Shown here: positions 51,204 to 60,763 of the stretch, in pieces
Position numbering within the stretch: the stretch's first letter is position 1
Layout: each line of letters starts with the position of its first letter
Assembly (NCBI GenBank): GCA_963714015.1
Contig: OY970223.1
Span: forward strand, 1,600,001-1,664,000
Source: Vulcanimicrobiota bacterium
GTDB lineage: Bacteria; Vulcanimicrobiota; Vulcanimicrobiia; Vulcanimicrobiales; Vulcanimicrobiaceae
Length of the DNA stretch: 64,000 nucleotides
Direction of reading: 5' to 3'
Notes under the pieces: model-generated
Database searches by the model: none
What the model was told of the DNA's origin: nothing
The model's input: only the letters and a program-made list of their open reading frames with translations
Position numbers and translations under genes: made by a program

Positions 51204-52157
51204 ATGCCGCCTCTGTATCCCGGCCTAGCACCTTACGAGCACGGATTGCTCGACGTTGGCGACGGCAATTCCATCTACTGGGAATGCTCCGGCAATCCGA
51301 AAGGCAAGCCGGCAGTTTACGTGCATGGCGGCCCCGGATCGGGCTCGACCGCCGGAGCTCGCCGCTTCTTTAACCCCGACGCTTACAGAATCGTCCTTTT
51401 TGACCAGCGCAACTGCGGTCGCAGTAGTCCGCTCTTAACCACGCGGGCTCAGCTAGCGGCAAACACGACGCCGCATTTGATTCGGGATCTTGAATCGCTG
51501 CGTACTCACCTTTCGATCGAGCGATGGGCCATGCTCGGCAGTTCCTGGGGAACGACGCTCGCGCTGGCCTATGCGGAAAGACATCCGGAACGCGTTTCCG
51601 CTCTCGTATTGGCGTGCGTTACGACGACGTCTCGACGTGAAGTCGACTGGATTACGACCGGCGTCCGCCGTCTGTTCCCAGAGCAATGGGAACGGTTTGC
51701 GTTGCACATTCCCAGACAACTGAGACACGAACGCATCGTCGACGCATATGCAACCTTATTATTCGACGAGGACCCGGCGATCAGCGCAGCCGCCGCGGCC
51801 GAATGGTGCGCATGGGAAGACGCGCACGTTTCACTTACCCCCGGCTACAGGCCCAATGCCCGGTTTTTCGATGCCGACTATCGACTTCGGTTTGCTCGAA
51901 TGGTCACGCACTATTGGCAAAACTCAGCTTTCTTAGCCGATAACCAGCTGATACGTGAAGCCGGCTCATTGAATAGGATCCGCGGCGTCTTGATACATGG
52001 GAAGTACGATGTCAGCAGCCCATTGGAAACCGCGTGGCAATTGCACAGGGCTTGGCCGGCAAGCGAACTACAGGTCGCCAATGATGCCGGACACGGAGAC
52101 GGCTCGATATTCGAGAAGATCGTCAACGCGATGGATGGCATTTCAAGCCTTCAATGA
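51204..52157 (+). CDS. pip: Prolyl aminopeptidase
   Basis: HGGPG, FDQRNCGRS, GSSWG nucleophile, GKYD, DAGH. Confidence 0.92.
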   Translation: MPPLYPGLAPYEHGLLDVGDGNSIYWECSGNPKGKPAVYVHGGPGSGSTAGARRFFNPDAYRIVLFDQRNCGRSSPLLTTRAQLAANTTPHLIRDLESLRTHLSIERWAMLGSSWGTTLALAYAERHPERVSALVLACVTTTSRREVDWITTGVRRLFPEQWERFALHIPRQLRHERIVDAYATLLFDEDPAISAAAAAEWCAWEDAHVSLTPGYRPNARFFDADYRLRFARMVTHYWQNSAFLADNQLIREAGSLNRIRGVLIHGKYDVSSPLETAWQLHRAWPASELQVANDAGHGDGSIFEKIVNAMDGISSLQ

Positions 52158-52256
52158 ACGACTAATAAAGTACGGCAGCGGATTCGGGGTCGACGAATCG
52201 ACGCGCGAGTCCTCCAAGCGCCGTAACCATCGGCAACGATTGGAAAACATGCTCGC

Positions 52257-52695
52257 ATGAGGAATTCGAATCGCAAGTGGCCCGCCGTGATTTTCGTTGC
52301 ACTATGCAGCGTTGCAGCTTATGCAATTGCGGTGGCGACAATCGCCTATAACGGCCTCCCAGCGATAATTCGATTTCACCTCGGCATAATCGTGCCGGCC
52401 GACAGCGGGCCCAAAACGTCCATCCTTTTTGTCCCCGTGTTTAATGTAATTATCTGCATAATGTCCTATATGCAATATTTGAGGGCGGCGAGATCATACG
52501 CTCCGCTCATAGAAAACCTTTCGTTAGGCTTAGCGCTTTCGAGCTCGATTCTGTTGGTCGTGGCGGAAAAAACAATAATTGCCGCAGCTGAAGACTGGAT
52601 CTGCGCCGCGCGGCTATGTCGATGCGACGCTCGGCCTACTTGTTCTGACCTTCATGCTCATTGCCGCAACCGGAATCGCAACAGTAAGAGGCTGA
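52257..52695 (+). CDS. Small membrane protein, split by an indel near 52588
   Basis: Three TM segments; a fourth (DATLGLLVLTFMLIAATGIATVRG*) is in the adjacent frame. Confidence 0.5.
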
Positions 52696-52763
52696 TCATA
52701 CAAGCGACGGCGCGTAAAGGCCTTAGTCTCGTTCGGACCTCCAAGGCGTTTGTATCAGGCTGC

Positions 52764-52803
52764 TTGACACGAACCAACCTTTTGTATTACCATGGCTAAT
52801 ACA
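52764..52803 (+). promoter_or_regulatory. Sigma70 promoter overlapped by a GntR (YtrA-type) operator
   Basis: TTGACA 52764-52769, TACCAT 52788-52793; perfect inverted repeat TGTATTA-N7-TAATACA 52783-52803. Confidence 0.75.
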
Positions 52804-52823
52804 GAAGGAGGGCGTTCGAACCT

Positions 52824-53582
52824 ATGGATGGGGATTTCTTAGCCAGTTTCATGGCGGGCTTTGGATTGGTGACGGGGGTGCTTTTCCTCCGCTTCGGCAT
52901 AGAGGCTGCCGTCGAATCCAAGTCTCGCGCGGCACTTCTAGCCGAAGGCGGCGCGACTCTTGACCGAATCCAGCGCGCAGACGTCGACCGCGAACGCAAA
53001 TCGCCGTTCCCGCGTTACGCCGTTTCCGCCATCGGGTTTTTGACGGCCGGCGTAGTGCTCGCGCATCTCGTGGCGCCTATCGTAGCCTACGCGATTATCT
53101 GTCTTTCGCTCGTCGGCCGGTGCGTCGCGGATCAAATTGCTGAAGAACGAGCGCCTCGGCGGCGCTCCGCCGTCATAGGGCGCTCGCGTTTGTTGGATCC
53201 CGTCCTTATGACGTGGATCGCCCTCACCGCAGCTTCCTCGCTCTTGCTTATACCGTGGCTTTTGGATCAAACGTTTCGTATAGCTTCGGTGCTTGTCGCC
53301 GTTTGCGTTCTGACGATGGTTGCCGTGGCGTGGCGCGTCGCGAGCGCGCCGCCGCTGCTCTTCGGCAACGATTTGGATGCCGAACAAGTTGTGGATCGCG
53401 AAACGCGCGCTATTCGAACCGGCAACTCGTGCATCCTTACCGTCGGTACCATGCTCGCGTTCTACGCCTTTCTTGGCGGCAACCGCTACGCCGGAGCTGC
53501 GCTGGCAGCCGTATGGGTCGTCATATTCGCGTGGAAGTCGATCTACGCGCGTCAATTATCGCGCCTGTCTCTCACCTCGTGA
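52824..53582 (+). CDS. Hypothetical multi-TM membrane protein
   Basis: AGGAGG SD, ~7 hydrophobic segments, GTGA overlap with the GntR gene. Confidence 0.8.
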   Translation: MDGDFLASFMAGFGLVTGVLFLRFGIEAAVESKSRAALLAEGGATLDRIQRADVDRERKSPFPRYAVSAIGFLTAGVVLAHLVAPIVAYAIICLSLVGRCVADQIAEERAPRRRSAVIGRSRLLDPVLMTWIALTAASSLLLIPWLLDQTFRIASVLVAVCVLTMVAVAWRVASAPPLLFGNDLDAEQVVDRETRAIRTGNSCILTVGTMLAFYAFLGGNRYAGAALAAVWVVIFAWKSIYARQLSRLSLTS

Positions 53583-53962
53583 CCCGCATAATCCTGTCCG
53601 TCGATCCCGATCTGGACGTAGCGCCGTTTCAACAAATTTCCGCCCAGCTTCGTGAATTCATCGAGCGCGGTGAACTGCGTCCGGGCGATACGCTTCCCAC
53701 CGTACGGCAGCTCGCGGTCGATTTGGGCGTTGCCCCAAATACGGTCGCACGCGCGTACACCGACTTGCAAGATGCCGGGTGGCTGACGAGTGACGGCCGC
53801 CGCGGCACTCGTGTCGCGCAAGCCACGCCTGCCGACGACGCTCGCCGTCGCGCCGCGGTTTTGCGAGGCGATGTTGACCAATTTATTAACGGTGTGCGGC
53901 GTCGCGGTTATTCGAAAAGTGAAATCCGCGCCGCGCTGGAAAATGCGGGAGCGAACATCTGA
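53579..53962 (+). CDS. GntR family regulator (short YtrA-type)
   Basis: GELRPGDTLPTVRQLAVDLGVAPNTVARAY...GRRGT; 127 aa. Confidence 0.92.
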   Translation: MTRIILSVDPDLDVAPFQQISAQLREFIERGELRPGDTLPTVRQLAVDLGVAPNTVARAYTDLQDAGWLTSDGRRGTRVAQATPADDARRRAAVLRGDVDQFINGVRRRGYSKSEIRAALENAGANI

Positions 53963-54066
53963 ACCCGGTCGACAGTGTAATCCGGCCCGGTGAGTCGTTT
54001 TGGTATCGCAAGGGCTTCCATTGTGGAGCTCATTACGGTCGAACGCTGAAAAATTTTCTTGGCCCG

Positions 54067-54093
54067 TGTCGAAAAGGGGAGCGGCCGTTCGAC
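54067..54093 (+). promoter_or_regulatory. ECF42-type promoter
   Basis: TGTCGA-N17-CGAC upstream of the second DGPF gene. Confidence 0.72.
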
Positions 54094-54130
54094 GTGTTCA
54101 TAGAAACACTCACACCGAAGGAGTTCTGAT

Positions 54131-54538
54131 ATGAAATTCATGGTCATGGTCAAGGCCACGGCCGAATCGGAAGCAGGCCGTATGCCCTCGCGGGAAGAGT
54201 ACGAAGCGGTGGCCGCTTTCAACGAGAAACTCGCCAACGACGGCGTTCTTTTGTCTGGCGGCGGTCTGCGGCCGTCTTCCAAAGGAACGCGCCTGCATTT
54301 CGAGGACGGCCGGACGACTGTGATGGACGGTCCGTTCGCGGAGACGAAGGAGCTGGTGGCAGGGTGGTGCATCGTACAAGGGAATTCGCGCGCGGAAATC
54401 GTGGAGATTCTTAGGCATGCACCGTTCTCCGGTGCCTCGATCGTCGAAGTCCGTGAACTGATGGAAGCCGAGGATTTCGGGGACGCGGCGACGCCCGAGG
54501 CGGGCGAGCGCAATAAACGCGCGCTGGGACGCGCGTGA
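54131..54538 (+). CDS. YciI/DGPF family protein
   Basis: MKFMVMVKAT, MDGPFAETKELVAG, VEVREL. Confidence 0.92.
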   Translation: MKFMVMVKATAESEAGRMPSREEYEAVAAFNEKLANDGVLLSGGGLRPSSKGTRLHFEDGRTTVMDGPFAETKELVAGWCIVQGNSRAEIVEILRHAPFSGASIVEVRELMEAEDFGDAATPEAGERNKRALGRA

Positions 54539-54627
54539 GCGTAATGATCCGTCACTACGCTGCGGTATGAGTAGAGCGCAATCTTGACGCACAACCCATA
54601 GGAGCACGGCGCTCGCTTCCGAAAGCG

Positions 54628-55227
54628 ATGCGCGTCATGGAGGAACGCGACGAACGTCTCGCCGTCATTGCCTTTTTAAAGGGCGTTCCGAGCCAGAGAC
54701 TCGTCGCGCTCTTCAAGCAAGCGTTTCCCTTGCACCCGGCCGCGCTCTTGAGTGACGAGCTGACCCGCGCGTTTCTCTCGGCGTTTGCGCAGCGAGCATC
54801 GTTCGTGATTGCCCTCAATGCGAGTACGCGGGAAGAGATCGGATTTGCGGTGGGTGGGGATGCCGCTGTCCTGGATCGGACGCGTGCGCGTTTCATTCGG
54901 ATGCACGGTTGGCGGCTGGCCGGATCTCTTTTGGCGCGCCGATTGTCTCCGCGAATACTCCTGAGCCGCGTCCGCGTTCGAAAGCCGATCCGCGGTATCG
55001 CGCATGCGCCGTATCAGCTGCGTTTCATTGCAGTCGATTCGCGGGCACGCGGAAGGGGAACCGGTACGATGCTGTTGGCGGCGTTCGAAAGAACGCTGCC
55101 GCTTGGAAGTACCTATCATGCGTGGACGCTCGAAGGTCCCTCCGGAGCGGAGCGATTCTACCTTGCGAACGGATTCACGCGGGGTACGAACCTGAGCGGC
55201 CACCTCCGCATGTGGAAGCAGTTGTAA
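54628..55227 (+). CDS. GNAT family N-acetyltransferase
   Basis: IAVDSRARGRGTG, AERFYLANGF. Confidence 0.8.
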   Translation: MRVMEERDERLAVIAFLKGVPSQRLVALFKQAFPLHPAALLSDELTRAFLSAFAQRASFVIALNASTREEIGFAVGGDAAVLDRTRARFIRMHGWRLAGSLLARRLSPRILLSRVRVRKPIRGIAHAPYQLRFIAVDSRARGRGTGTMLLAAFERTLPLGSTYHAWTLEGPSGAERFYLANGFTRGTNLSGHLRMWKQL

Positions 55228-55292
55228 CCTTGGCCTGAAGCGGCATCTCGAAGCCGGCATACGCACGTGCGCGCCAACGTCGCGCAATCGAC

Positions 55293-56243
55293 TCAGCAGC
55301 GATCGCTGAATGCGCGCAGGCACCTGCGCGCCTCACTCGCGATCGCATCGACGATCTCCGCTGCCGGTCGCACACGGTTAATCAGTCCGACGGCTTGCCC
55401 CGCGTAGATCTTCTCTTTTGGATCGAACGCCTGTAATGCGGCGGCGTCCGCCATTAGTTCGTCTTCGCGGTCGGTCCAGCGTTCCACAAACGGCGTTCGC
55501 AGCGCCCGCGCGCCAAACTCGCGGGGCCATCCCTTCCCCAGCGCCCGATCGTAGACGCGCGTGTAAATTGTCTGCGTTTCATCACTTGATTTGAGCCGTT
55601 CACGCGCCTGCGCGCTGTTGCGCGCTTCGGAGGCAAGCAAAAACGGCGTGCCAATCCATGCGCCGGCCGCTCCTGCGGCCAGCACCGCCGCAAAACCGCG
55701 ACCGGTGGCAATGCCGCCTGCGGCGAGCACGGGCCGAGCGGTCATTTCGAGCACGACTTGCAGCAGCGGTAACGTCGAAACGGACGAGCCGGTATGGCCG
55801 CCCGCCTCTGCGCCTTGCGCAACGATCACGTCGACGCCCGCGTCGATTGCGGTTTGCGCTGAACGCCGGTTTTGGACTTGCGAGGCAGCAAGAATACCGG
55901 CATCGCGTACCCTCGCCGCGTACGGCTCTGGATCGCCGAACGAGATGCTGATGAGCTTGGGTTTTGCCGCGATCGCAATATCCAGCAGACTCGGGCGGCG
56001 TTCGAGCACCCACGCTACCAGGCCGATCCCGAAGTGCGGCCGCGGCTCTTCCTGCAGAAAGGCCAGTTGTCCGGCGATCGACTCATCGGTGTCGTTTTCA
56101 TCGAAACCGAGCATGCCCAACCCGCCCGCTTGCGCAACGGCGCGCGCGAGTGCGCCGCCGGCTTGCGGCGTCATTGGGGCATTCACGATAGGAAGCCGCA
56201 CGCCGAGCATCTCGCAGAGCGGTGTAGCGAGCACGTCATCCAT
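55293..56243 (-). CDS. Nitronate monooxygenase family flavoprotein
   Basis: PIVNAPM, QGAEAGGH, AAGGI, IGTPF. Confidence 0.9.
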   Translation of the reverse strand: MDDVLATPLCEMLGVRLPIVNAPMTPQAGGALARAVAQAGGLGMLGFDENDTDESIAGQLAFLQEEPRPHFGIGLVAWVLERRPSLLDIAIAAKPKLISISFGDPEPYAARVRDAGILAASQVQNRRSAQTAIDAGVDVIVAQGAEAGGHTGSSVSTLPLLQVVLEMTARPVLAAGGIATGRGFAAVLAAGAAGAWIGTPFLLASEARNSAQARERLKSSDETQTIYTRVYDRALGKGWPREFGARALRTPFVERWTDREDELMADAAALQAFDPKEKIYAGQAVGLINRVRPAAEIVDAIASEARRCLRAFSDRC

Positions 56244-56278
56244 ATCGTTCGAAGTATACCATCGACTCGAGCGGCCGG

Positions 56279-58709
56279 TTACGACGAACGATGCGGCGTA
56301 ATGTATTCACAACGAACGGATCGTGCCTCTTCCATTACCCGTTCCAGCGAGTGGGTTGCGCCGATGCGCCATTGCGCGTCGAATGCATCGCTGCCGAGTG
56401 AGTCGCGAACCTTCGCCACCGTCTCGTCGTAGTCGGCGCGTTCTACCGCAAAGAGCGGAAGTCCAATCGCGCGGCGCATCGCGTCGGCTGCGCCTAAAAG
56501 ACGCGCGCCGCGCAATGGATCCTGGACCGCAGCGGTGACTGCGGCGATATCCTCGAGCGTCTTGGCGAGTACCGCTTTAGACGGCATGAACTCGAGCAAA
56601 TCCAAGGCTTCGTGGTAGCGCTCGATCGCCGATGCGTAGTTTCCGCGCTTGTAGGCAGTGGCTCCAAGATTCACGATCGAATACGGTATGCTGCCGGTGT
56701 CGCCGGCGTCGCGCTGCAAGCGAAGGCACTCGTTGAAGATTTGTTCGGCATTCTCATAGTTGCGCTCCGCCGTCGCGACAAGACCGATCTTCATCAGCGC
56801 GTGAGCGACGCCCGAGTCATTTCCCAGGCGGCGATAGATTGCGGCGCTCTCCTGGCCCAGAGTTGCGGAACGCGATAGATCGTTCTTGCTGAACGCGACT
56901 GAAGCCAGGTTCGATAACGAACCCGCGATGCCAAGTTCGTTATCGAGTCTTCGGCGGATGGTGAGAGCTTCCGTATGCACCGCCTCCGCCCCATCGTAAT
57001 CGCCGCGAAACTGCATAATGATGCCCAACGAAGTCAGCGAAGCGGCGAGCCCGGCCTCGTCACCGATTTTGCGCTGTAACTCGATGACCTGCTCGCAAGG
57101 CGCGCGCGCTTCATCGATATTTCCAAGACCTGAGAGCAGTACAACTTGTGTGCGCAAGACTTTCGCGTATAGTTCCTCCGGAACGTCCTGCGCCGCCGTC
57201 GTTCGAAGTTTGAGGAAACGCCGAACCCAACCGAGTCCTTCGATCAAGTAACCGCGAAGCCACCAAAAGCGCCAAACCGCCAAGATCAACCGGAAGCCAA
57301 GCAGCGTTTCGCCGGCGTCCGCAAGATAGCTCAGGGCCGCGCGGATGTTTTCGCGCTCGAGTTCGAATCGCGCAAGCCACCGGCTCTGCCCGGAACCGGA
57401 TAACTCGTGCTGCGATGCTTGCGCGAACTGAAGGACGTGCTCCGCGTGGCGACGTTGCGTGTCGGCCAGTTCGTTGCTCTCTACGAGGCGTTCGTGCGCG
57501 TACTCGCGGAGCATCTCCAACATCGACACGCGCGGTTCGGCGTCGGAGGCCTCGAGGAAGAGTACCATATTCTTCTCGACCAGCGGTGCGACTCGGAAGA
57601 GAATCGACCGCTCGAAGCTCTTCGTCTCCGACGACCGCCGCGGCCGCGGCCAGACTTCCGCCGCCCTGCAGCACCGAGAGGCGGCGAAAGACGAGCTGCT
57701 CCTCCTGCGAGAGCAAATCGTAGCTCCATGCTATCGCGGCGCGCATCGTTTGCTGACGTTCCGGATGGTCGATCGACGCGCCGGAAAGAAGCGGCAACCG
57801 GCGCTCGAGGCGCGCCGCCAGCGCCTTGGGCGGAAGCAGGAGAAGACGCGGAGCCGCCAGTTCGATTGCCAGCGGAAGCCCTTCCAGGTGATTCACAATA
57901 GTGTCTACTGCACTTGCATTTGCGCCGGTCAGTTCGAATTCGGGCCGAATCATCTGCGCGCGCTGCACAAAGAGCGTCGCTGCTGCTTCCTTTTCCAGCG
58001 GGCGAACGGCATAGACGCGTTCGGCACGCAAGCGCAACGGTTCGCGGCTCGTCGCAAGAACCACCAGCCGCGGGCAAGCCGCGATCAGGGTTCCGATCCA
58101 ATCTGCCGCCGGTGTCAGATGCTCGAGATTGTCGAGAACGAGCAGTAGATTTCGTGCGCGAAGGAACGCAGAAACTGCTTCGCCGGGCGGCGTGTCGGAA
58201 GGTTCCCTAATCCCAAGCGCGCGAGCGACCACTGCGGCAACGTTCGAAGGATCGCGAGTCGGCGCGAGTTCCGCAAGCGCCGTTCCATGCTCGAAAGTAT
58301 CTGCGCGGTCGACCGCGACTCGGAGCGCGAGGCTCGTCTTTCCGACGCCGGCCGGCCCAACCAAAGTAACGAGCCGCGCGTCGCTGCGGGAAAGCAACGC
58401 GGCGATTCGCGCGACGTCAGAGTCTCGGCCGATTAGCACCGGCGCGTGCAGTGCCGGCTGACCCGAAGGCTTTGCAGGCAGATCGACCGGTTTTCGAGCG
58501 GCGGTTTGAAGGCGTGCCCGATCTTCGGGCGAGAGGCCGAGCGCTTCGGCCAGCAGCATGATCGTAACGAGTCGAGGCGCGCGCGCAAAGCCGGTTTCGA
58601 TGTCGCCGACCGTCCGCGCAGAAAGCCCGGCGCGCTCGGCGAGAGCGTCTTGCGAGAGATGCGCGTCAGATCGGAAGTAGCGTAGTAGTTGCCCGAGCGA
58701 GTCTGTCAC
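56279..58709 (-). CDS. XRE-HTH + NB-ARC/AAA ATPase + TPR regulator, split by an indel near 57600-57640
   Basis: SQDALAERAGLS HTH, GPAGVGKT, LLVLDNLE, LEGLPLAIELAA; TPRs in ORF 56279..57568. Confidence 0.88.
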
Positions 58710-58866
58710 CGTGGTGAAAATTTCGCGACGAAATGTTCGGGAACCCCTTGCCGCGATTTATATCGAAGTTTGTGACGTCGGGCGCGCTATATAACGCGAA
58801 AGCGCACGTTGGAGAGCATTGGCGCTCGGATCGATATGATCTCCGCGCCAATGCTGCTACGGGGAT

Positions 58867-59196
58867 TTAGCGGTAGCTGGGGCTCGGACGCGTCGCGAAG
58901 CAGTCGCGGCAGTATACCGGTTTGTCTCCGCGGGGTTGAAACGGAACTTCAGCGACTCCGCCGCACTGGCTGCACGTCGCTTTGAAAAGCTCGCGACGAC
59001 CGCCGCCGGCGCCGCCGCCGCCGTAAGAGCCGCTGTTGCTGCGGCCGCCGCCGGAAGCCTTGCGCGCGGCGCGGCAATCGCCGCAGCGGCTGGGCTTGTT
59101 CGTAAAGCCTTTGCTCGCGTAGAATTCCTGCTCGCTTGCCGTGAACGGAAACGTGCGTCCGCAGTCAACGCAATTGAGGTTTTCATCTGTGTACAT
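58867..59196 (-). CDS. Zinc-ribbon / CxxC-x17-CxxC domain protein
   Basis: CVDC...EQEFY...CGDC, Gly linker, CSQC...VPFQP...VYCRDC. Confidence 0.92.
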   Translation of the reverse strand: MYTDENLNCVDCGRTFPFTASEQEFYASKGFTNKPSRCGDCRAARKASGGGRSNSGSYGGGGAGGGRRELFKATCSQCGGVAEVPFQPRGDKPVYCRDCFATRPSPSYR

Positions 59197-59561
59197 GAAC
59201 GATGTCCTAACTTCTAAATGATTTGGACCCGCCAGTACTTGGAACGCGAAGACGTTGAAACACTAGTAAGGCCCGGTAATTACGCCGAGGCAAAAACGCG
59301 CCGGCGCGGCCAGGAGTATCTCACGAAAGTGTGCCTAGCGCAAGGCGATACAACCCCTGAATGTGCGCAATGGTTGCGTCCGGCGCCCGAGGCGCCTTCC
59401 GGGACGAGTCCGGAGCAGTGAGCGGCTACTCGCGCCGCAATCGTAGAAACCGGCGAAATGCGCAATAAATCGCGTTATCGAGGCTTTCTAAGCAGCCAAA
59501 TGGGAATTTCCGCTTCGATGCAGAAGTAGTAACTCTTGCATTTTCGAATATTGAGCCAATC

Positions 59562-59891
59562 ATGCTGACCGCACTCACGCCGGTGGACCGGCTTCTCGTG
59601 GGGTCTAAAAATACCAACGGCCCCCAGTACCGGGCTATCTACGGGGGCTACGCCAACCCAAGCGGCTTGATTTCACTACTCGCCGAGGGTCAGGCCTACC
59701 GCATCAATTTCAAAGCGCGTACGGTTCAGCAGAAACCGCTCCTCAATCCCGGAGCGCAGGCGCGCTATGACGCCGCCAAGCCCGGCGAAGGATTCGAGTA
59801 CGGCGGCTTGACCTTTCGGCGCTTAGCACACGACGAAATCATTGAGATCTGCGCCTCCGGGTCGTTTCGAATGGGCGTAAACTCAAGATAA
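59562..59891 (+). CDS. Hypothetical protein; true start may lie upstream (~59469)
   Basis: Open frame with plausible composition and no recognisable motif. Confidence 0.4.
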   Translation: MLTALTPVDRLLVGSKNTNGPQYRAIYGGYANPSGLISLLAEGQAYRINFKARTVQQKPLLNPGAQARYDAAKPGEGFEYGGLTFRRLAHDEIIEICASGSFRMGVNSR

Positions 59892-59960
59892 CGAGCTCCG
59901 CCGCAGTCACACAAGCATAACAGATCACGAAATAACGCTAATATCTCCGCTGAAGCCTAT

Positions 59961-60004
59961 ATTGACAAATGTCGATTCAAACGCTAATATCGACGTATGT
60001 CAAT
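59961..60004 (+). promoter_or_regulatory. ars promoter and ArsR operator
   Basis: TTGACA-N17-TAATAT inside a 14/16 inverted repeat ATTGACAAATGTCGAT-N12-ATCGACGTATGTCAAT. Confidence 0.8.
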
Positions 60005-60329
60005 GCAGCGGTGTTGTCCGCCAAAGGGTATCGCCCGCGGAGTTTTCACTGAATCCGCCTCCCTGTTCAAGGCGCTTGCAGATCCCCATCGGTTGACGAT
60101 TCTAGCGACGCTGGCGCGCGCCGAAGATGAAGTTTGCGTATGCGATTTCACCGACGGTCTGCCGCTCAATCAGCCAACCGTTTCGCATCATCTCCGAATC
60201 CTGCGTGAAGCGCAATTGGTAACGTGCGAGCGGCGCGGCACTTGGGTCTATTACCGGCTTTCGGACGATGCAGACGAACGCCTGAACAAAGCGCTGAATG
60301 CGACACTCCCTCAGAAAGTAAGAGCATGA
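59997..60329 (+). CDS. arsR: ArsR/SmtB metalloregulator
   Basis: FKALADPHRL, EVCVCD, QPTVSHHL, RRGTWVYY; N-terminal CC. Confidence 0.93.
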   Translation: MSMQRCCPPKGIARGVFTESASLFKALADPHRLTILATLARAEDEVCVCDFTDGLPLNQPTVSHHLRILREAQLVTCERRGTWVYYRLSDDADERLNKALNATLPQKVRA

Positions 60330-60727
60330 AAACCCATCTGAATCTAACGACCAATAACCTGCAAAAGAGCGTTGCGTTCTACTCGACGCTTCTGGACGCC
60401 CGTCCGGCAAAAGTTCGCGAGGATTACGCGCTTTTCATCACCGATGAACCGGCTTTGGAACTCGCGTTGGACTTGAGCGCAGATGTTTCGCCAACGCTGG
60501 ACGCACACTACGGCATATTCGTCGAAACGGCCGGCGAAGTAGAACGCGCGATCGCTCGCCTCGAGCGCGCCGGAATGCCGTCGTCGGTCGAGCGCGAGGA
60601 AACGTGCTGTTACGCAAATCAGACCAAAGTATGGACGAGCGATCCTGAAGGGCGGCGTTGGGAGGTCTACACCGTTCATGACGACACTGCTGAACGCGAC
60701 GGCGACCTCAGCTCGTGTTGCCCGTGA
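60326..60727 (+). CDS. arsI: ArsI/CadI family VOC metalloenzyme (probable C-As lyase)
   Basis: HLNL, HYGI, TCCYANQTKVW, DPEGRRWEVY; ATGA overlap with arsR. Confidence 0.85.
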   Translation: MKTHLNLTTNNLQKSVAFYSTLLDARPAKVREDYALFITDEPALELALDLSADVSPTLDAHYGIFVETAGEVERAIARLERAGMPSSVEREETCCYANQTKVWTSDPEGRRWEVYTVHDDTAERDGDLSSCCP

Positions 60728-60763
60728 CCTGAACTCCAAGTTTGAGACATTTTTGTGACAAGT

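Noticed and set aside
38000..54000. Integron cassette array
   Set aside because: Cargo is cassette-like, but I found no RYYYAAC...GTTRRRY attC hairpins between genes and no intI.
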